Below are positions 1 through 9,164 of a DNA stretch of 64,000 nucleotides, one piece after another. Under the pieces are notes generated by a model that ran no database searches, had not been told where the DNA came from, and worked only from the letters and a program-made list of their open reading frames with translations. A program made the position numbers and the translations under genes. Positions within the stretch are counted from its first letter, which is position 1, and every line of letters starts with the position of its first letter. The stretch is from Candidatus Latescibacterota bacterium (GTDB taxonomy: Bacteria; Latescibacterota; UBA2968; UBA8231), in contig CBDFJF010000002.1 in NCBI GenBank assembly GCA_965248265.1, positions 384,001 through 448,000 on the forward strand, read 5' to 3'.

Positions 1-741
1 CCGCACCCAGCTGGCGAAGTACTCGGGAGCCCATCTCCGCGCCAGGAAGTAAGAGCGCGTTGAGTGCTGGCTGTGGGGAGGACGAACCTCGGCATCGATC
101 CAGGCTTCGGCGCCGGCTACTTCCGGAAACTCCAGTACCCAGACAAGATGCCAGTTGTTCTGCGGGCCAATCAGTTTGAAAGCCTCATACCGCATCAAGC
201 CGTGCTCGCCAGCGACGGAGCGCATACGTGCAGTCCGCTCGGAGTCACCGCGCTCCTCGGGCGAGGCCTGATCCGACTCGGGGCGCCAACGTCCGAACAC
301 GAGCAGGATCACGCTATCGCTTTTGGCGCTCAGGTTGGGAATCGATCTGGGGTCCTTGTGGCGCTGCGGTACCATGGCCGCCGGATTCTCTACCCATTCA
401 CTGAAGAAATCCGGCCGCCACCGCTTGGACATGTAGTACTCGTAGAATCCGTAACGGCCGTAAGGCGGTGCCATCTCCGCTTCTATCCAGGCTTGTGCTC
501 CACCAACCTTAGGGAATTCGATGGTCCAGAAGCGCTCCCAGTTCTGCTGTGGGGTCATCAACCGGAAGCCCTCCACAAGCATGAGATTGTGCTCGTCGGC
601 GATCGACAGCATGAGTTCCACATGCTCGTCCTGATACGTCGACTGATCTTCCGGGCTCAGAGCATCCCACGAGGGCAGGCGGCCCCCTTTGTAGAGGACG
701 ACGACCCCGTCTTCGTTGTCTGTCTTGTGGTCGATGGGCAT
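1..741 (-). CDS. Hypothetical protein with an internal tandem duplication (probable dimeric alpha-beta barrel fold); 3' end runs off the window
   Basis: Not in the ORF track. Translated by hand from ATG at 741: [25 protein letters not shown]..., open to base 1. The two halves are similar: [33 protein letters not shown] vs [33 protein letters not shown]. Confidence 0.75.
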   Translation of the reverse strand, partial: MPIDHKTDNEDGVVVLYKGGRLPSWDALSPEDQSTYQDEHVELMLSIADEHNLMLVEGFRLMTPQQNWERFWTIEFPKVGGAQAWIEAEMAPPYGRYGFYEYYMSKRWRPDFFSEWVENPAAMVPQRHKDPRSIPNLSAKSDSVILLVFGRWRPESDQASPEERGDSERTARMRSVAGEHGLMRYEAFKLIGPQNNWHLVWVLEFPEVAGAEAWIDAEVRPPHSQHSTRSYFLARRWAPEYFASWVR

Positions 742-804
742 GGCGCTAACTTAACGCAAGACATGACGCGATCTCAAGCATCCCTGAAACGGGCACAGGT
801 TACG

Positions 805-1212
805 ATGGCAGAACGGATAGACAAAACCGAAGAGGAGTGGCGGCAACAACTCACGCCCGACCAGTACGAAGTCCTGCGCAACAAGGGCACGGAGCGGGCT
901 TTCACTGGCAAGTATGACGGCTTCAAGGGCAGCGGCAAGTTCGTGTGCGCGGGGTGTGGGGCCGAGTTGTTCAGCTCCGAATCCAAGTTCGACTCGGGTT
1001 CGGGGTGGCCCAGTTTCTGGCAGCCAATCGCCGACAACCAGGTGGCAGAAGAGCGTGACACCAGCCACGGCATGGAACGGACGGAAGCCCTCTGCAACCG
1101 TTGTGGTGGCCACCTGGGTCACGTGTTCCCTGATGGCCCCGAGCCGACCGGTCTGCGCTATTGCATCAATTCGCTGTCACTCGATTTCGCTGAGGGCGAA
1201 GGCGACGAATAA
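805..1212 (+). CDS. msrB: Peptide-methionine (R)-S-oxide reductase
   Basis: C-terminal part of ORF 64..1212 from ATG 805. Motifs [45 protein letters not shown]. Confidence 0.95.
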   Translation: MAERIDKTEEEWRQQLTPDQYEVLRNKGTERAFTGKYDGFKGSGKFVCAGCGAELFSSESKFDSGSGWPSFWQPIADNQVAEERDTSHGMERTEALCNRCGGHLGHVFPDGPEPTGLRYCINSLSLDFAEGEGDE

Positions 1213-1277
1213 GCCACTACTTCTACCTGCCACTGCACCAGCGGGGCCGCCGACTCCGACCCGGCTGGGATTACTGA

Positions 1278-2429
1278 CTACCGGGCCGAGAACCGGTATT
1301 CGGTGATCTGCCGATAGGTTTCACCCGGCCGCAGCACGACGGACGGGAAGTGCGGTTTATTGATGGCGTCGGGGAAGTGCTGGGTCTCGAGGCAGAACCC
1401 CTCGAATTGACTGTAGCCATCGCCGCCCCCCTTGCTCCTGTCCGTGTCCAGAAATCCCGACGTGTAAAGTTGTACTCCTGGCTCCGTCGTCAGCGCCTGC
1501 AGGACGCGGCCGCTGGCCGGATCGTAGACCTCGGCGAACAATACCGGCTCACTCCTGCTCTCGCCAGCCAACACGAAGTTGTGGTCATAGCCGAACTCGA
1601 GTTCATCGATGCGATCCCCGATCCGGGTCGGCTGCCTGAAATCGAGGGGCGTTCCCGTCAATGACAGGACCTGACCGGTCGGGATACCGTCCTCACCGCG
1701 CTCGGTAGCGTAGTCGGCGTCGATCCTAACCACGTGGTCGAGAATCTTGCCGGCGTCATGTCCGGACAGGTTGAAGTAGGCGTGGTTGGTGACGTTGAGG
1801 GGGGTAGGCTTGTCGGTGGTGGCTTCGTACTCAATGCGGAGACCGTTTTCCTCCGTGAGCACGTAGATCACGCTGATGGTCAGATTACCGGGGTACCCCT
1901 CTTCGCCATCGACGCTGAGGTAGTCGAAGCGCACGGCCTGGCCATCTTCGTGAGCGATCACCCGGGCATTCCAGAATTTGTGCGTGAAACCGGAGATTCC
2001 CCCGTGAAGGTGGTGATGCGTGGCGAAATTCTTGGCCACTTCGTAGGAGATTCCGTCGACGGCGAAACGAGCGTTCGAGATGCGGTTGGCGACGCGGCCG
2101 ACGATGCAGCCCATGTAGGCGGTGTTTTCGGTGTAATCGGCGACGGAATCGTACCCGAGGAGAACATCACCGAGGTTGCCGTCGCGGTCGCGCACGTGCA
2201 TTTCAGTCACAGCGGCGCCGACATTGGTCAGTCTCACGATGGTGCCGTGTGAGTTGGCCAGCGTGTAGCGATCGGCAACCTGGCCGTCTGTGCCGGTACC
2301 GAACGATTCGCGATGGACTTCAGTCACTTCGGGCTCTCCTGCGGTTGTGGGGAGGACGGTCAGAGTGAAGGAAGCGCACAAGAAGGCGGCTGCCAGCGTG
2401 AAGGAAGAGGCGATTGTCGTTCTCGTCAT
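1278..2429 (-). CDS. galM: Aldose 1-epimerase (mutarotase) with signal peptide
   Basis: Motifs GRVANRI, HLHGG, EEGYPG, NVTNHAYFNL, YDHNF, CLETQHFPDAIN; hydrophobic N-terminus. Confidence 0.93.
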   Translation of the reverse strand: MTRTTIASSFTLAAAFLCASFTLTVLPTTAGEPEVTEVHRESFGTGTDGQVADRYTLANSHGTIVRLTNVGAAVTEMHVRDRDGNLGDVLLGYDSVADYTENTAYMGCIVGRVANRISNARFAVDGISYEVAKNFATHHHLHGGISGFTHKFWNARVIAHEDGQAVRFDYLSVDGEEGYPGNLTISVIYVLTEENGLRIEYEATTDKPTPLNVTNHAYFNLSGHDAGKILDHVVRIDADYATERGEDGIPTGQVLSLTGTPLDFRQPTRIGDRIDELEFGYDHNFVLAGESRSEPVLFAEVYDPASGRVLQALTTEPGVQLYTSGFLDTDRSKGGGDGYSQFEGFCLETQHFPDAINKPHFPSVVLRPGETYRQITEYRFSAR

Positions 2430-2850
2430 GGCACAGAGATTATTTGGGGTCAGCTTCGTCAGGTACGGGTCGTAGGATACACCAGACGAATAGCTGCATC
2501 AAGACAAGCTACTCCCTCAAGGCTTCAATCCACCGTGGGATCTGGGAACAGGCGTTTTTGCCGATCGAGCGCGGCCGGCGCGACATAGGCAAGGTCAACG
2601 TGGACGACGGCCTGTTCGCCCCGCTATCCGAAGGGATTAGCAGCCCCCACCTCTGGTTGCGCGGCTCCGGAGCCACTGTGTGTCGTCCCTCGGGAAGGGA
2701 CTGAAGAAGTAACTCACGGTATCTCAGGGATCTCCCGACATATCGGGTCGACGGCTGCTTCCACCGGAGTGCCATTTACCGCCTGTCATACGTTCGTAAC
2801 TAGTTAATAACTATCCAGTTACGATCGCTATCGTGAAGCTGTATGGGAAC

Positions 2851-2866
2851 TGGCATGGCTTTTGAT
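2851..2866 (+). promoter_or_regulatory. Possible sigma54 -24/-12 promoter (imperfect)
   Basis: TGGCATG-GCTT-TTGAT vs consensus TGGCACG-N4-TTGC; the -12 element is GA rather than GC. Confidence 0.3.
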
Positions 2867-2916
2867 ACCAAGGGGTCAGAGCCATTGATCCACACACCGC
2901 ACCAGGTAGTGAATCC

Positions 2917-2994
2917 ATGCTACGAATCACCAGAAAGGATGTTGGCAGTGGCGGTGCAGCCCTCAAGCTGGAAGGCCGCCTGGTCGGACCCTGA
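2917..2994 (+). pseudogene. N-terminal remnant of a STAS/anti-sigma-antagonist-like protein
   Basis: MLRITRKDVGSGGAALKLEGRLVGP* resembles the MLRIT...L(K/R)LEGRLxGPW start of small STAS-like proteins; TGA stands where TGG (Trp) would be expected. Confidence 0.45.
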
Positions 2995-3038
2995 GACACC
3001 CCCCTGACAATCAAGCCTGGATGAAATGGAGGAACACA

Positions 3039-4322
3039 ATGGATACCCGATTAGCCCTAGCAATCGCTCTGGCTTCCACAGCACTCATTGCCTGTAGTGG
3101 AGGCAGTGACAAGACACCCGTCGGCTCTGTCGTCACAGACGATCAGCCGCCACTGTCGGACGAGACTCCAATCGGATCAAAACCCGGTGATGCTTCTGCA
3201 GATCAGAGTGATGTGCCGAACGCAGATGAACAGCCTGCGCCACCGGCCACCGATGTCGAAACGGACATCGGTACAGAGATTTCACTGTCTCCCTACGGAG
3301 CGAATTCACCCCTTCAGGGAAGCACGCTGGACCTTGATACCTTCCCGATCTCGGGAATCGTTTCCGGGGGCGTTCCAAAGGACGGCATTCCGGCGCTGAC
3401 CAATCCAGCGTTCGTCGGACCCGATGAGATCTCCTTCATGGCTGAAGACGATCTCGTCCTTGGACTGGTCGTGGGCGGAATCGCCCGGGCGTATCCGGAA
3501 AACATCGGTTGGTGGCATGAGATCGTGAACGACGAAATCGGCGGTCACTCGATCTCGGTGACTTTCTGTCCCCTGACCGGAACCGGCCTGGTGTTCGAGG
3601 CGGCTGACGGTGGTCAACTGGAGTTGGGTGTCTCCGGCCGTCTGTTCAACAACAACCTGGTCATGTACGATCGTCGCGACGGCGAGACTCTGTACCCCCA
3701 GATCTACTTCACCGGTGTCAGCGGCAGTCGTATGGGCGAGTCCTTGACCCTCCTGCCTGTCGTCGAAACAACCTGGCGGACCTGGAAACGACTGCATCCC
3801 GATACCGATGTAGTCGAAGGCGTCTTTGACGAGTCGCGCTACACGCGGTACCCGTACCGCAACTACCGCACCGATGACGACCACCTGATTTTTCCACTGA
3901 ATCCCCGCATCGTCGAGAATCTCAACCCTTACGCCGACGACTACGGAAGAAAGGACTCGATGCTGGGCGTGCGGTTGAATGGAGACCCCAGGGCATACCT
4001 GTTCGAGAAAATGGGTCAGCAGGCCGTCATCAACGACCAACTCGGTGGCGTCGATATCCTTGTGGTCTGGGACCAGCATAGTCATCTGGCCTTGCCGTAT
4101 GCCCGCGAGGTGGATGGACAGAGTTTGACCTTCGCGATCGAGGATGATGGGGGATTCCCATTCTCCCTCGTGGATGAACAGACGGGGAGTGTATGGGATA
4201 TTCATGGTAGGGCGATCGAGGGGCCCATGGCCGGTGCGCGTCTGACGCAGGTTCCGGCGCACAACAGCTTCTGGTTTGCGTGGGTGACCTTCTGGCAGGA
4301 CACGGACATGTGGACGCCGTAG
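3039..4322 (+). CDS. DUF3179-family lipoprotein
   Basis: GGAGG RBS before ATG 3039; lipobox LIAC; motifs GGVPKDGIPAL, WHEIVND, TFCPLTG, GVSGRLFNNNLVMYDR, FWFAW. Confidence 0.85.
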   Translation: MDTRLALAIALASTALIACSGGSDKTPVGSVVTDDQPPLSDETPIGSKPGDASADQSDVPNADEQPAPPATDVETDIGTEISLSPYGANSPLQGSTLDLDTFPISGIVSGGVPKDGIPALTNPAFVGPDEISFMAEDDLVLGLVVGGIARAYPENIGWWHEIVNDEIGGHSISVTFCPLTGTGLVFEAADGGQLELGVSGRLFNNNLVMYDRRDGETLYPQIYFTGVSGSRMGESLTLLPVVETTWRTWKRLHPDTDVVEGVFDESRYTRYPYRNYRTDDDHLIFPLNPRIVENLNPYADDYGRKDSMLGVRLNGDPRAYLFEKMGQQAVINDQLGGVDILVVWDQHSHLALPYAREVDGQSLTFAIEDDGGFPFSLVDEQTGSVWDIHGRAIEGPMAGARLTQVPAHNSFWFAWVTFWQDTDMWTP

Positions 4323-4368
4323 TTCGCTCACACCATTGAGCAACCGCATCCAAAATCAATCCATCACC

Positions 4369-4406
4369 CGGGCGTTGCTCCATGTGGAGCAACGCCCGAT
4401 GTTTTT
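4369..4406 (+). terminator. Intrinsic terminator
   Basis: Inverted repeat CGGGCGTTGCTCCA-TG-TGGAGCAACGCCCG followed by ATGTTTTT, downstream of the DUF3179 gene. Confidence 0.75.
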
Positions 4407-4463
4407 GCGCGATTCATGCGTCAACGCTACGGGTGCTCACCCAGAGAAACCAGGACTCCCAAT

Positions 4464-5733
4464 TTTGTCGTCATCGAAGCAACAGGCATTCGCCGATCTG
4501 GCCGTCAATGGTGGTCCCAAAGTCAGACAGCAGCCGTGGCCTGAGCGAGCTCTGATCGGCGATGAAGAGAAGGTCGCCGTGAATGAGCTTCTGGACGAAG
4601 TCGTGCGCAGCGGCGCGGCACCCTGGTACGATGGTCCAGTCGAAGAAGCCTATTGTCGAGAATTTGCCGAGTTCATGGGTGGGGGTTACGTCGACGCGGT
4701 CAATTCGGGCACCTCAGCCATCTACGTGGCGTTGCGGGCACTGGAGCTGGAATCGTTCACGGAGGTCATCGTCGGTCCCATCACCGACACCGGCGGAATC
4801 ATGCCGGTACCTCTATTGAACTGTATTCCCATTATCGCCGATTCTGCACCCGGTTCGTTCAACGTGGGTCCAGGCCAGATCGAGGAGTGCATCACTCCAT
4901 TGACGCGGGCGATCATCGTCGCTCACATCATGGGCGAGCCCGCCGACATGCCCGGCATCATGCAAGTGGCCGAGCGGCATGGCATACCCATCATAGAGGA
5001 TTGCGCCCAGGCACATTGCGCGCGCATCGATGAGCGACAGGTGGGTAGCTTCGGCAACATGGCCGCGTTCTCGACCATGGGCGGAAAACACCACTGCACC
5101 GGGGCCCAGGGTGGTGTCGTTTTCACCGCAGATGAGGATCTTTACTGGCGCTCTCGCCAGGCTTCGGACAGGGGGAAGCCGTTCGGTCTCAAGAGCGGGT
5201 CTACGAACTGCATCGCCGCCTTCAACTTCAACCTGAATGACTTTGCGGCCGCGATTGGCAGGGTCCAGCTCGCCAAGCTGCCCGGTATCGTCGCCCGTCG
5301 CAGGAGTGTGGTCGCCGACCTCAGCCAACGCTTCGCGGATCTGCGTTCCGTCGTTATCCCAGAACAGATCGCAGGGGCGGAGACCTCGTACTGGTTCTGG
5401 CGTCTGGGTTTGTCCGAGAAGGATCTCGCCTGCGACAAGATGACCTATTGCCGGGCGCTGCAGGAAGAAGGGTTGCTCCTGCGGCCGCAGTACGGCTTTC
5501 TGCCGCACACCTTCGAGTGGTTCACCGAGCGCCGTGTGTTCGGCACGAGCGGGTATCCCTGGACCGCACCCGAATACCAAGGTGACCGAGAGCGTACCTT
5601 TACCTGCCCGAACGCGAAGGAGGCGGATTCGCGGCATTTTCTGCTGACGGTTCTCGAAAGCTGGGGGCAAGAGGAAGTCGACGACATCGCCGCTGCATTC
5701 GAGAAGGTAGAACGCGCATATTTAAAATCATGA
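4464..5733 (+). CDS. DegT/DnrJ/EryC1/StrS-family PLP aminotransferase (start approximate)
   Basis: Motifs LAVNGGP, VNSGTSA, IEDCAQAH, FSTMGGKH, GGVV. The ORF-track start (4336) overlaps the terminator, so the true start is probably later. Confidence 0.88.
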
Positions 5734-5743
5734 GGAATCCAGT

Positions 5744-5818
5744 ATGCCAGATCTGCTGCGGGTAGGGATCATAGGGTTGCGAGCCACTCGGTCGAGGACC
5801 AGCGCGTGTAGCGCATGA
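5744..5818 (+). pseudogene. Short remnant resembling a Gfo/Idh/MocA oxidoreductase N-terminus
   Basis: GAGGA RBS, then MPDLLRVGIIGL...*; its stop overlaps the next ATG (ATGA). Confidence 0.35.
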
Positions 5819-6606
5819 AGATTCACGGACCCGTACTCAGCGAAGCGGAATTCGATCACTGGAAGGAACACGGCTATGTAAGGCTCGGTCATGTCGCACC
5901 AGCCGCCGACATTGAAGAGCTGTGCGAGCGCATCGATGCCATCATGCTTGGACAGATTTCGTACCCGAACATGATGATGCAACTGTGTCCGTCTGTCGGG
6001 GACCAGGAGAAGGCGCGCCAGACGAAGACCTTCAAGGGTTCGTCGCTGAAGTACCGGAAGATTGAGGCCCTGGAAAAGGACCCCCTATTCCTCGCCTACA
6101 TGCAGAATCCACTGTTCCGCGACATCACCGGCAAAATCCTCGGTGATCATGTCTCCTGCTTCCGCGCCATGTTCATGAACAAGCCGGCCGGGCAGGGCAT
6201 CCTGCTCAACTGGCACCAGGATGGCACCGGTCACTGGGGTTTGACGATTGCTCCTCAGGTCACCATCTGGACGGCCCTCGACGACACCAGCACCGCCAAC
6301 GGCTGTCTGCGTATCGTCCCGGGTTCACACAAATCCATGGTGACGGCGGGGCGTGACATCCTCAACGAGGAGGAGCTCGCCATCCACGCGCCCGTGGAGA
6401 AGCAGATGCCCCTGGAAATGGTCCGTGGCGAGGTCGTGCTGCTGCACAACTGGACCATCCACAGCTCCGAACCCAATCAGACGGATCGCCCCCGGCGTGC
6501 CTTCAGCACCTGCTACATCGACGCGGCGACGCGGCACAGGGACACCGGCGAAGCCTATCCGGAAATATTCCCGGCGTACCAGCCGGTGGTCGCAACCCGA
6601 GGTTGA
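5815..6606 (+). CDS. Phytanoyl-CoA dioxygenase (PhyH)-family 2OG/Fe(II) dioxygenase
   Basis: Motifs WHQD, WTALDD, NGCLRIVPGSH, HSSEPN. Confidence 0.9.
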   Translation: MKIHGPVLSEAEFDHWKEHGYVRLGHVAPAADIEELCERIDAIMLGQISYPNMMMQLCPSVGDQEKARQTKTFKGSSLKYRKIEALEKDPLFLAYMQNPLFRDITGKILGDHVSCFRAMFMNKPAGQGILLNWHQDGTGHWGLTIAPQVTIWTALDDTSTANGCLRIVPGSHKSMVTAGRDILNEEELAIHAPVEKQMPLEMVRGEVVLLHNWTIHSSEPNQTDRPRRAFSTCYIDAATRHRDTGEAYPEIFPAYQPVVATRG

Positions 6607-6730
6607 CAGCCATCGCGGGTTATGATATCGACGAATTGGCGAGGGATTTCCGGGTCAATGGATTCGCCGTTTTCGAGGATTTCACTGTGCCAGACCACGC
6701 GCGTCATGTGTTGCGATGGCAGCGGGTCGG
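6603..6730 (+). pseudogene. Truncated PhyH-like N-terminal fragment
   Basis: MTAIAGYDIDELARDFRVNGFAVFEDF resembles a PhyH N-terminus, overlaps the previous stop, then runs into the convergent GNAT gene. Confidence 0.4.
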
Positions 6731-7216
6731 TCAGGGGTTGGACAGGTCCAGTCCGAGAATGAGAAAGTCTTCGCCAACTTCATAGTAGTCGCCGAGCCTG
6801 CCTTCTTCTCTGAAACCGAAGCGCTGGTATAATCGCACGGCGTTGCTGTACCCGGCATCCGAACTGGTATCGACGTAGAGTTTACGGATGTTGAGCCGCT
6901 GCACATTCTCGATGACGTGCTGCAACAACATCGTGGCCACTCCACGACCCCGCTGGGCCTCGTGCACGTAAAACCAGTTGAGCCACAGGATGCCAGGCCA
7001 GTCATACTTGTCGGGGTACCACCCGACGACGCCGGCGATTTCACCCGTGTCCCCGGCGACTGCGACTACATTATGCTCACGCGGCGATTGTTCACCAGAC
7101 TCGAAAAACTCGTGGTAGTAGCTGTCGGCCAGTCTGCCGTCTTCTTGTTCGTGTGAACGGATGATGGCGACGACGGTGTCGATGTCCGCGGTGGTCATTG
7201 TCCGAATCGAGAACAT
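6731..7216 (-). CDS. GNAT-family N-acetyltransferase
   Basis: Acetyl-CoA motif VHEAQRGRGVAT and AVRLYQRFGF. Confidence 0.9.
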   Translation of the reverse strand: MFSIRTMTTADIDTVVAIIRSHEQEDGRLADSYYHEFFESGEQSPREHNVVAVAGDTGEIAGVVGWYPDKYDWPGILWLNWFYVHEAQRGRGVATMLLQHVIENVQRLNIRKLYVDTSSDAGYSNAVRLYQRFGFREEGRLGDYYEVGEDFLILGLDLSNP

Positions 7217-9156
7217 CAGCCGGTCGCCATCGAGGACGCGGCTTCCAACGCTGCCGGTATATCGAGGACATGATGGAGACGAGGGTGGCGTCGTCTCAGT
7301 TCTTCCGCGTGCTGGCTCAGAAGATCCTGTTGCTCGTCGGGCGGCAGACTGCCCGCGGCATCGCAGAGTTCGGCCAGTGAGCGGACATACCAGGCATGCT
7401 CACGCATGAGGCGCCATGCTGCCGCCGTTGTCGCATCACTCGAGCGGATTCCTCGCTCGATTCTGGGTAGGAATCTGTAAACCAGATCCGAGACTGCGGC
7501 CATGTTATTCGGCAACCTGTTATCCGGAGCGACCTTCTCTCCGCGCAGCAAGGGAGGATCGAAGAGCTCGCTCAAGCGGGTCAGGTATCCTCTCACCGCC
7601 GGTCCACCGCGACCGAACACATCGACGAAATACTCATCCGCGATTGTGTCAAAATCCACCTTCCGGTCCCAGAGGGTTTTGCCCATCGTGTGCATCAACA
7701 GGCCGGTGGGAAAACAGACCCGTGTCAGCTGACAACTGATGTAACCGTTCATGCCGAGTTTTTCTAGTCCGGCAAGGTCCTTGAACAGCACTGCGGCCAA
7801 TGCCAGCTGGCCGGGGTCGAAGCGATGGGCTCTCCACAGGTGGTAGTCGAAGTCGATGCAGTCACCATGGAACGACTTGCGCCAGCCCTCGAGCAATTTC
7901 AGGCTACCCCTTGGACTACGAGGAAATCGCAGCCTGTTGCGTACGAAGCGCGGTGTCCTGGTCGGCGCGCGGTCGTCGAGGATGGAGGTGGCATAGCTAC
8001 GGGTGATAGGGGCGAACATGAGGATGAACCTCGCGGGATTGTGGATGCGCTCTCTCGTAGGCGCCCATAGCAGATCGACGTAGGCGAGGAAGACGATGCG
8101 GGTGGCAAGAGTCCGGCGTGACAGCTTTTCGTCGATTTCGTTGAGAATCTGAACATAGAGGTCACTGGGTCTCGTCCTGGAGCAACTCGAGCACTCGCAG
8201 TGGTTGTTCGAGCCGTCGCCGAGCCAAACGTGGATGACCTCTTCATCCGGGTGTCCGGCAGCGTAGTCGACGACAGCACGCGCCATGGTGGCGCGCACCG
8301 TCTTGTTCGAAAAGCACAACTGGGTATTGATCGGTTTATTGCCGAAGAACGTTCTGTGGCCGTCACGCAAGGCCAGAAATTTTCTGATCGTAGCTGGTGG
8401 CCGTCCCTTGAACTCGGTCCACTCGTTGCCGGCCACACCGAACGGGTCGCAGGTCCATCCATGACCCACCCGGTGGACGATCATGCCGCGTTTGCGCAGT
8501 TGCAGGATGATACGGTCACAGAGTTCGAAGGCGTCGCTCTGCGACAAAGCGATCTTCTCTTTACCCCTGCCCTCTTCATCGCAGTACCATCGCCTAAAGA
8601 ATTCGTAGGAATTGCGGAACTGCAGGTAGTATGAGTTGAAGCCACGCTTGGCGGCCCAGTCGACGATGCTCTTGAGATGCTTCTCTGAGCAGGAGCCTTC
8701 GATACAGATGCAGCGATGGCGATTGGAAGGAGTCTCCGCAATGGCGATTCGCCGCGAGAGGGCGTTTGAACGCCGCGGCACACGCTCACCCTGCCTACCA
8801 GGTCGCAACCAACGGCAGCCCAGTTCCTCCAGGTAACGGTAGGCGGCGAAAACGACACTGCGCGAGTTGACGCCAGCTACCACGGCATGCCCTGCTTGCG
8901 CGCTGACGAATACGGCATCGTCAAACGGATGCTCTCTGGGTGGCAAGTCAACGGCAGCAAGAGTGCCAAATGCTTCGGAGGTACCGACCCAGATTCCCTT
9001 CATGTCCGGACGGTAGGCGGTTGCAGATCGTGTCTTCACAATCCGGCCTGTCATTCGACTCAAATAGCGCCTCAACTCACTGGCGGCGAACTGAACCGGT
9101 CGTTGGCTGCTCAACCGGTAGACGACTACCTCTTCATCGAATCTCAATTTCACCAT
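7216..9156 (-). CDS. DUF4838-family protein (hexosaminidase-like N-domain plus TIM barrel)
   Basis: FAASELRRYLSRMTG, YRYLEELGCRWLRPG, LCFSN, HCECSSC, FLAY. Confidence 0.75.
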   Translation of the reverse strand: MVKLRFDEEVVVYRLSSQRPVQFAASELRRYLSRMTGRIVKTRSATAYRPDMKGIWVGTSEAFGTLAAVDLPPREHPFDDAVFVSAQAGHAVVAGVNSRSVVFAAYRYLEELGCRWLRPGRQGERVPRRSNALSRRIAIAETPSNRHRCICIEGSCSEKHLKSIVDWAAKRGFNSYYLQFRNSYEFFRRWYCDEEGRGKEKIALSQSDAFELCDRIILQLRKRGMIVHRVGHGWTCDPFGVAGNEWTEFKGRPPATIRKFLALRDGHRTFFGNKPINTQLCFSNKTVRATMARAVVDYAAGHPDEEVIHVWLGDGSNNHCECSSCSRTRPSDLYVQILNEIDEKLSRRTLATRIVFLAYVDLLWAPTRERIHNPARFILMFAPITRSYATSILDDRAPTRTPRFVRNRLRFPRSPRGSLKLLEGWRKSFHGDCIDFDYHLWRAHRFDPGQLALAAVLFKDLAGLEKLGMNGYISCQLTRVCFPTGLLMHTMGKTLWDRKVDFDTIADEYFVDVFGRGGPAVRGYLTRLSELFDPPLLRGEKVAPDNRLPNNMAAVSDLVYRFLPRIERGIRSSDATTAAAWRLMREHAWYVRSLAELCDAAGSLPPDEQQDLLSQHAEELRRRHPRLHHVLDIPAALEAASSMATG

Positions 9157-9164
9157 TTGTCTGC

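Noticed and set aside
64-804. Long N-terminal extension of the msrB ORF (apparent fusion)
   Set aside because: It is the antisense shadow of the minus-strand gene at 1..741; MsrB similarity starts at ATG 805.
2509-2775. 88-aa minus-strand ORF
   Set aside because: No recognisable motif or RBS; probably non-coding or a degraded remnant.
3039-4322. Possible selenoprotein in the DUF3179 family
   Set aside because: No in-frame TGA; the motif is plain CPLT.
3306-4349. 347-aa antisense ORF (likewise 4813..5670, 20975..21904, 37199..38287, 45631..46512, 46541..47488, 49934..50851, 53815..54873)
   Set aside because: Shadow ORFs opposite clear genes, expected from GC-rich codon usage; no motifs.
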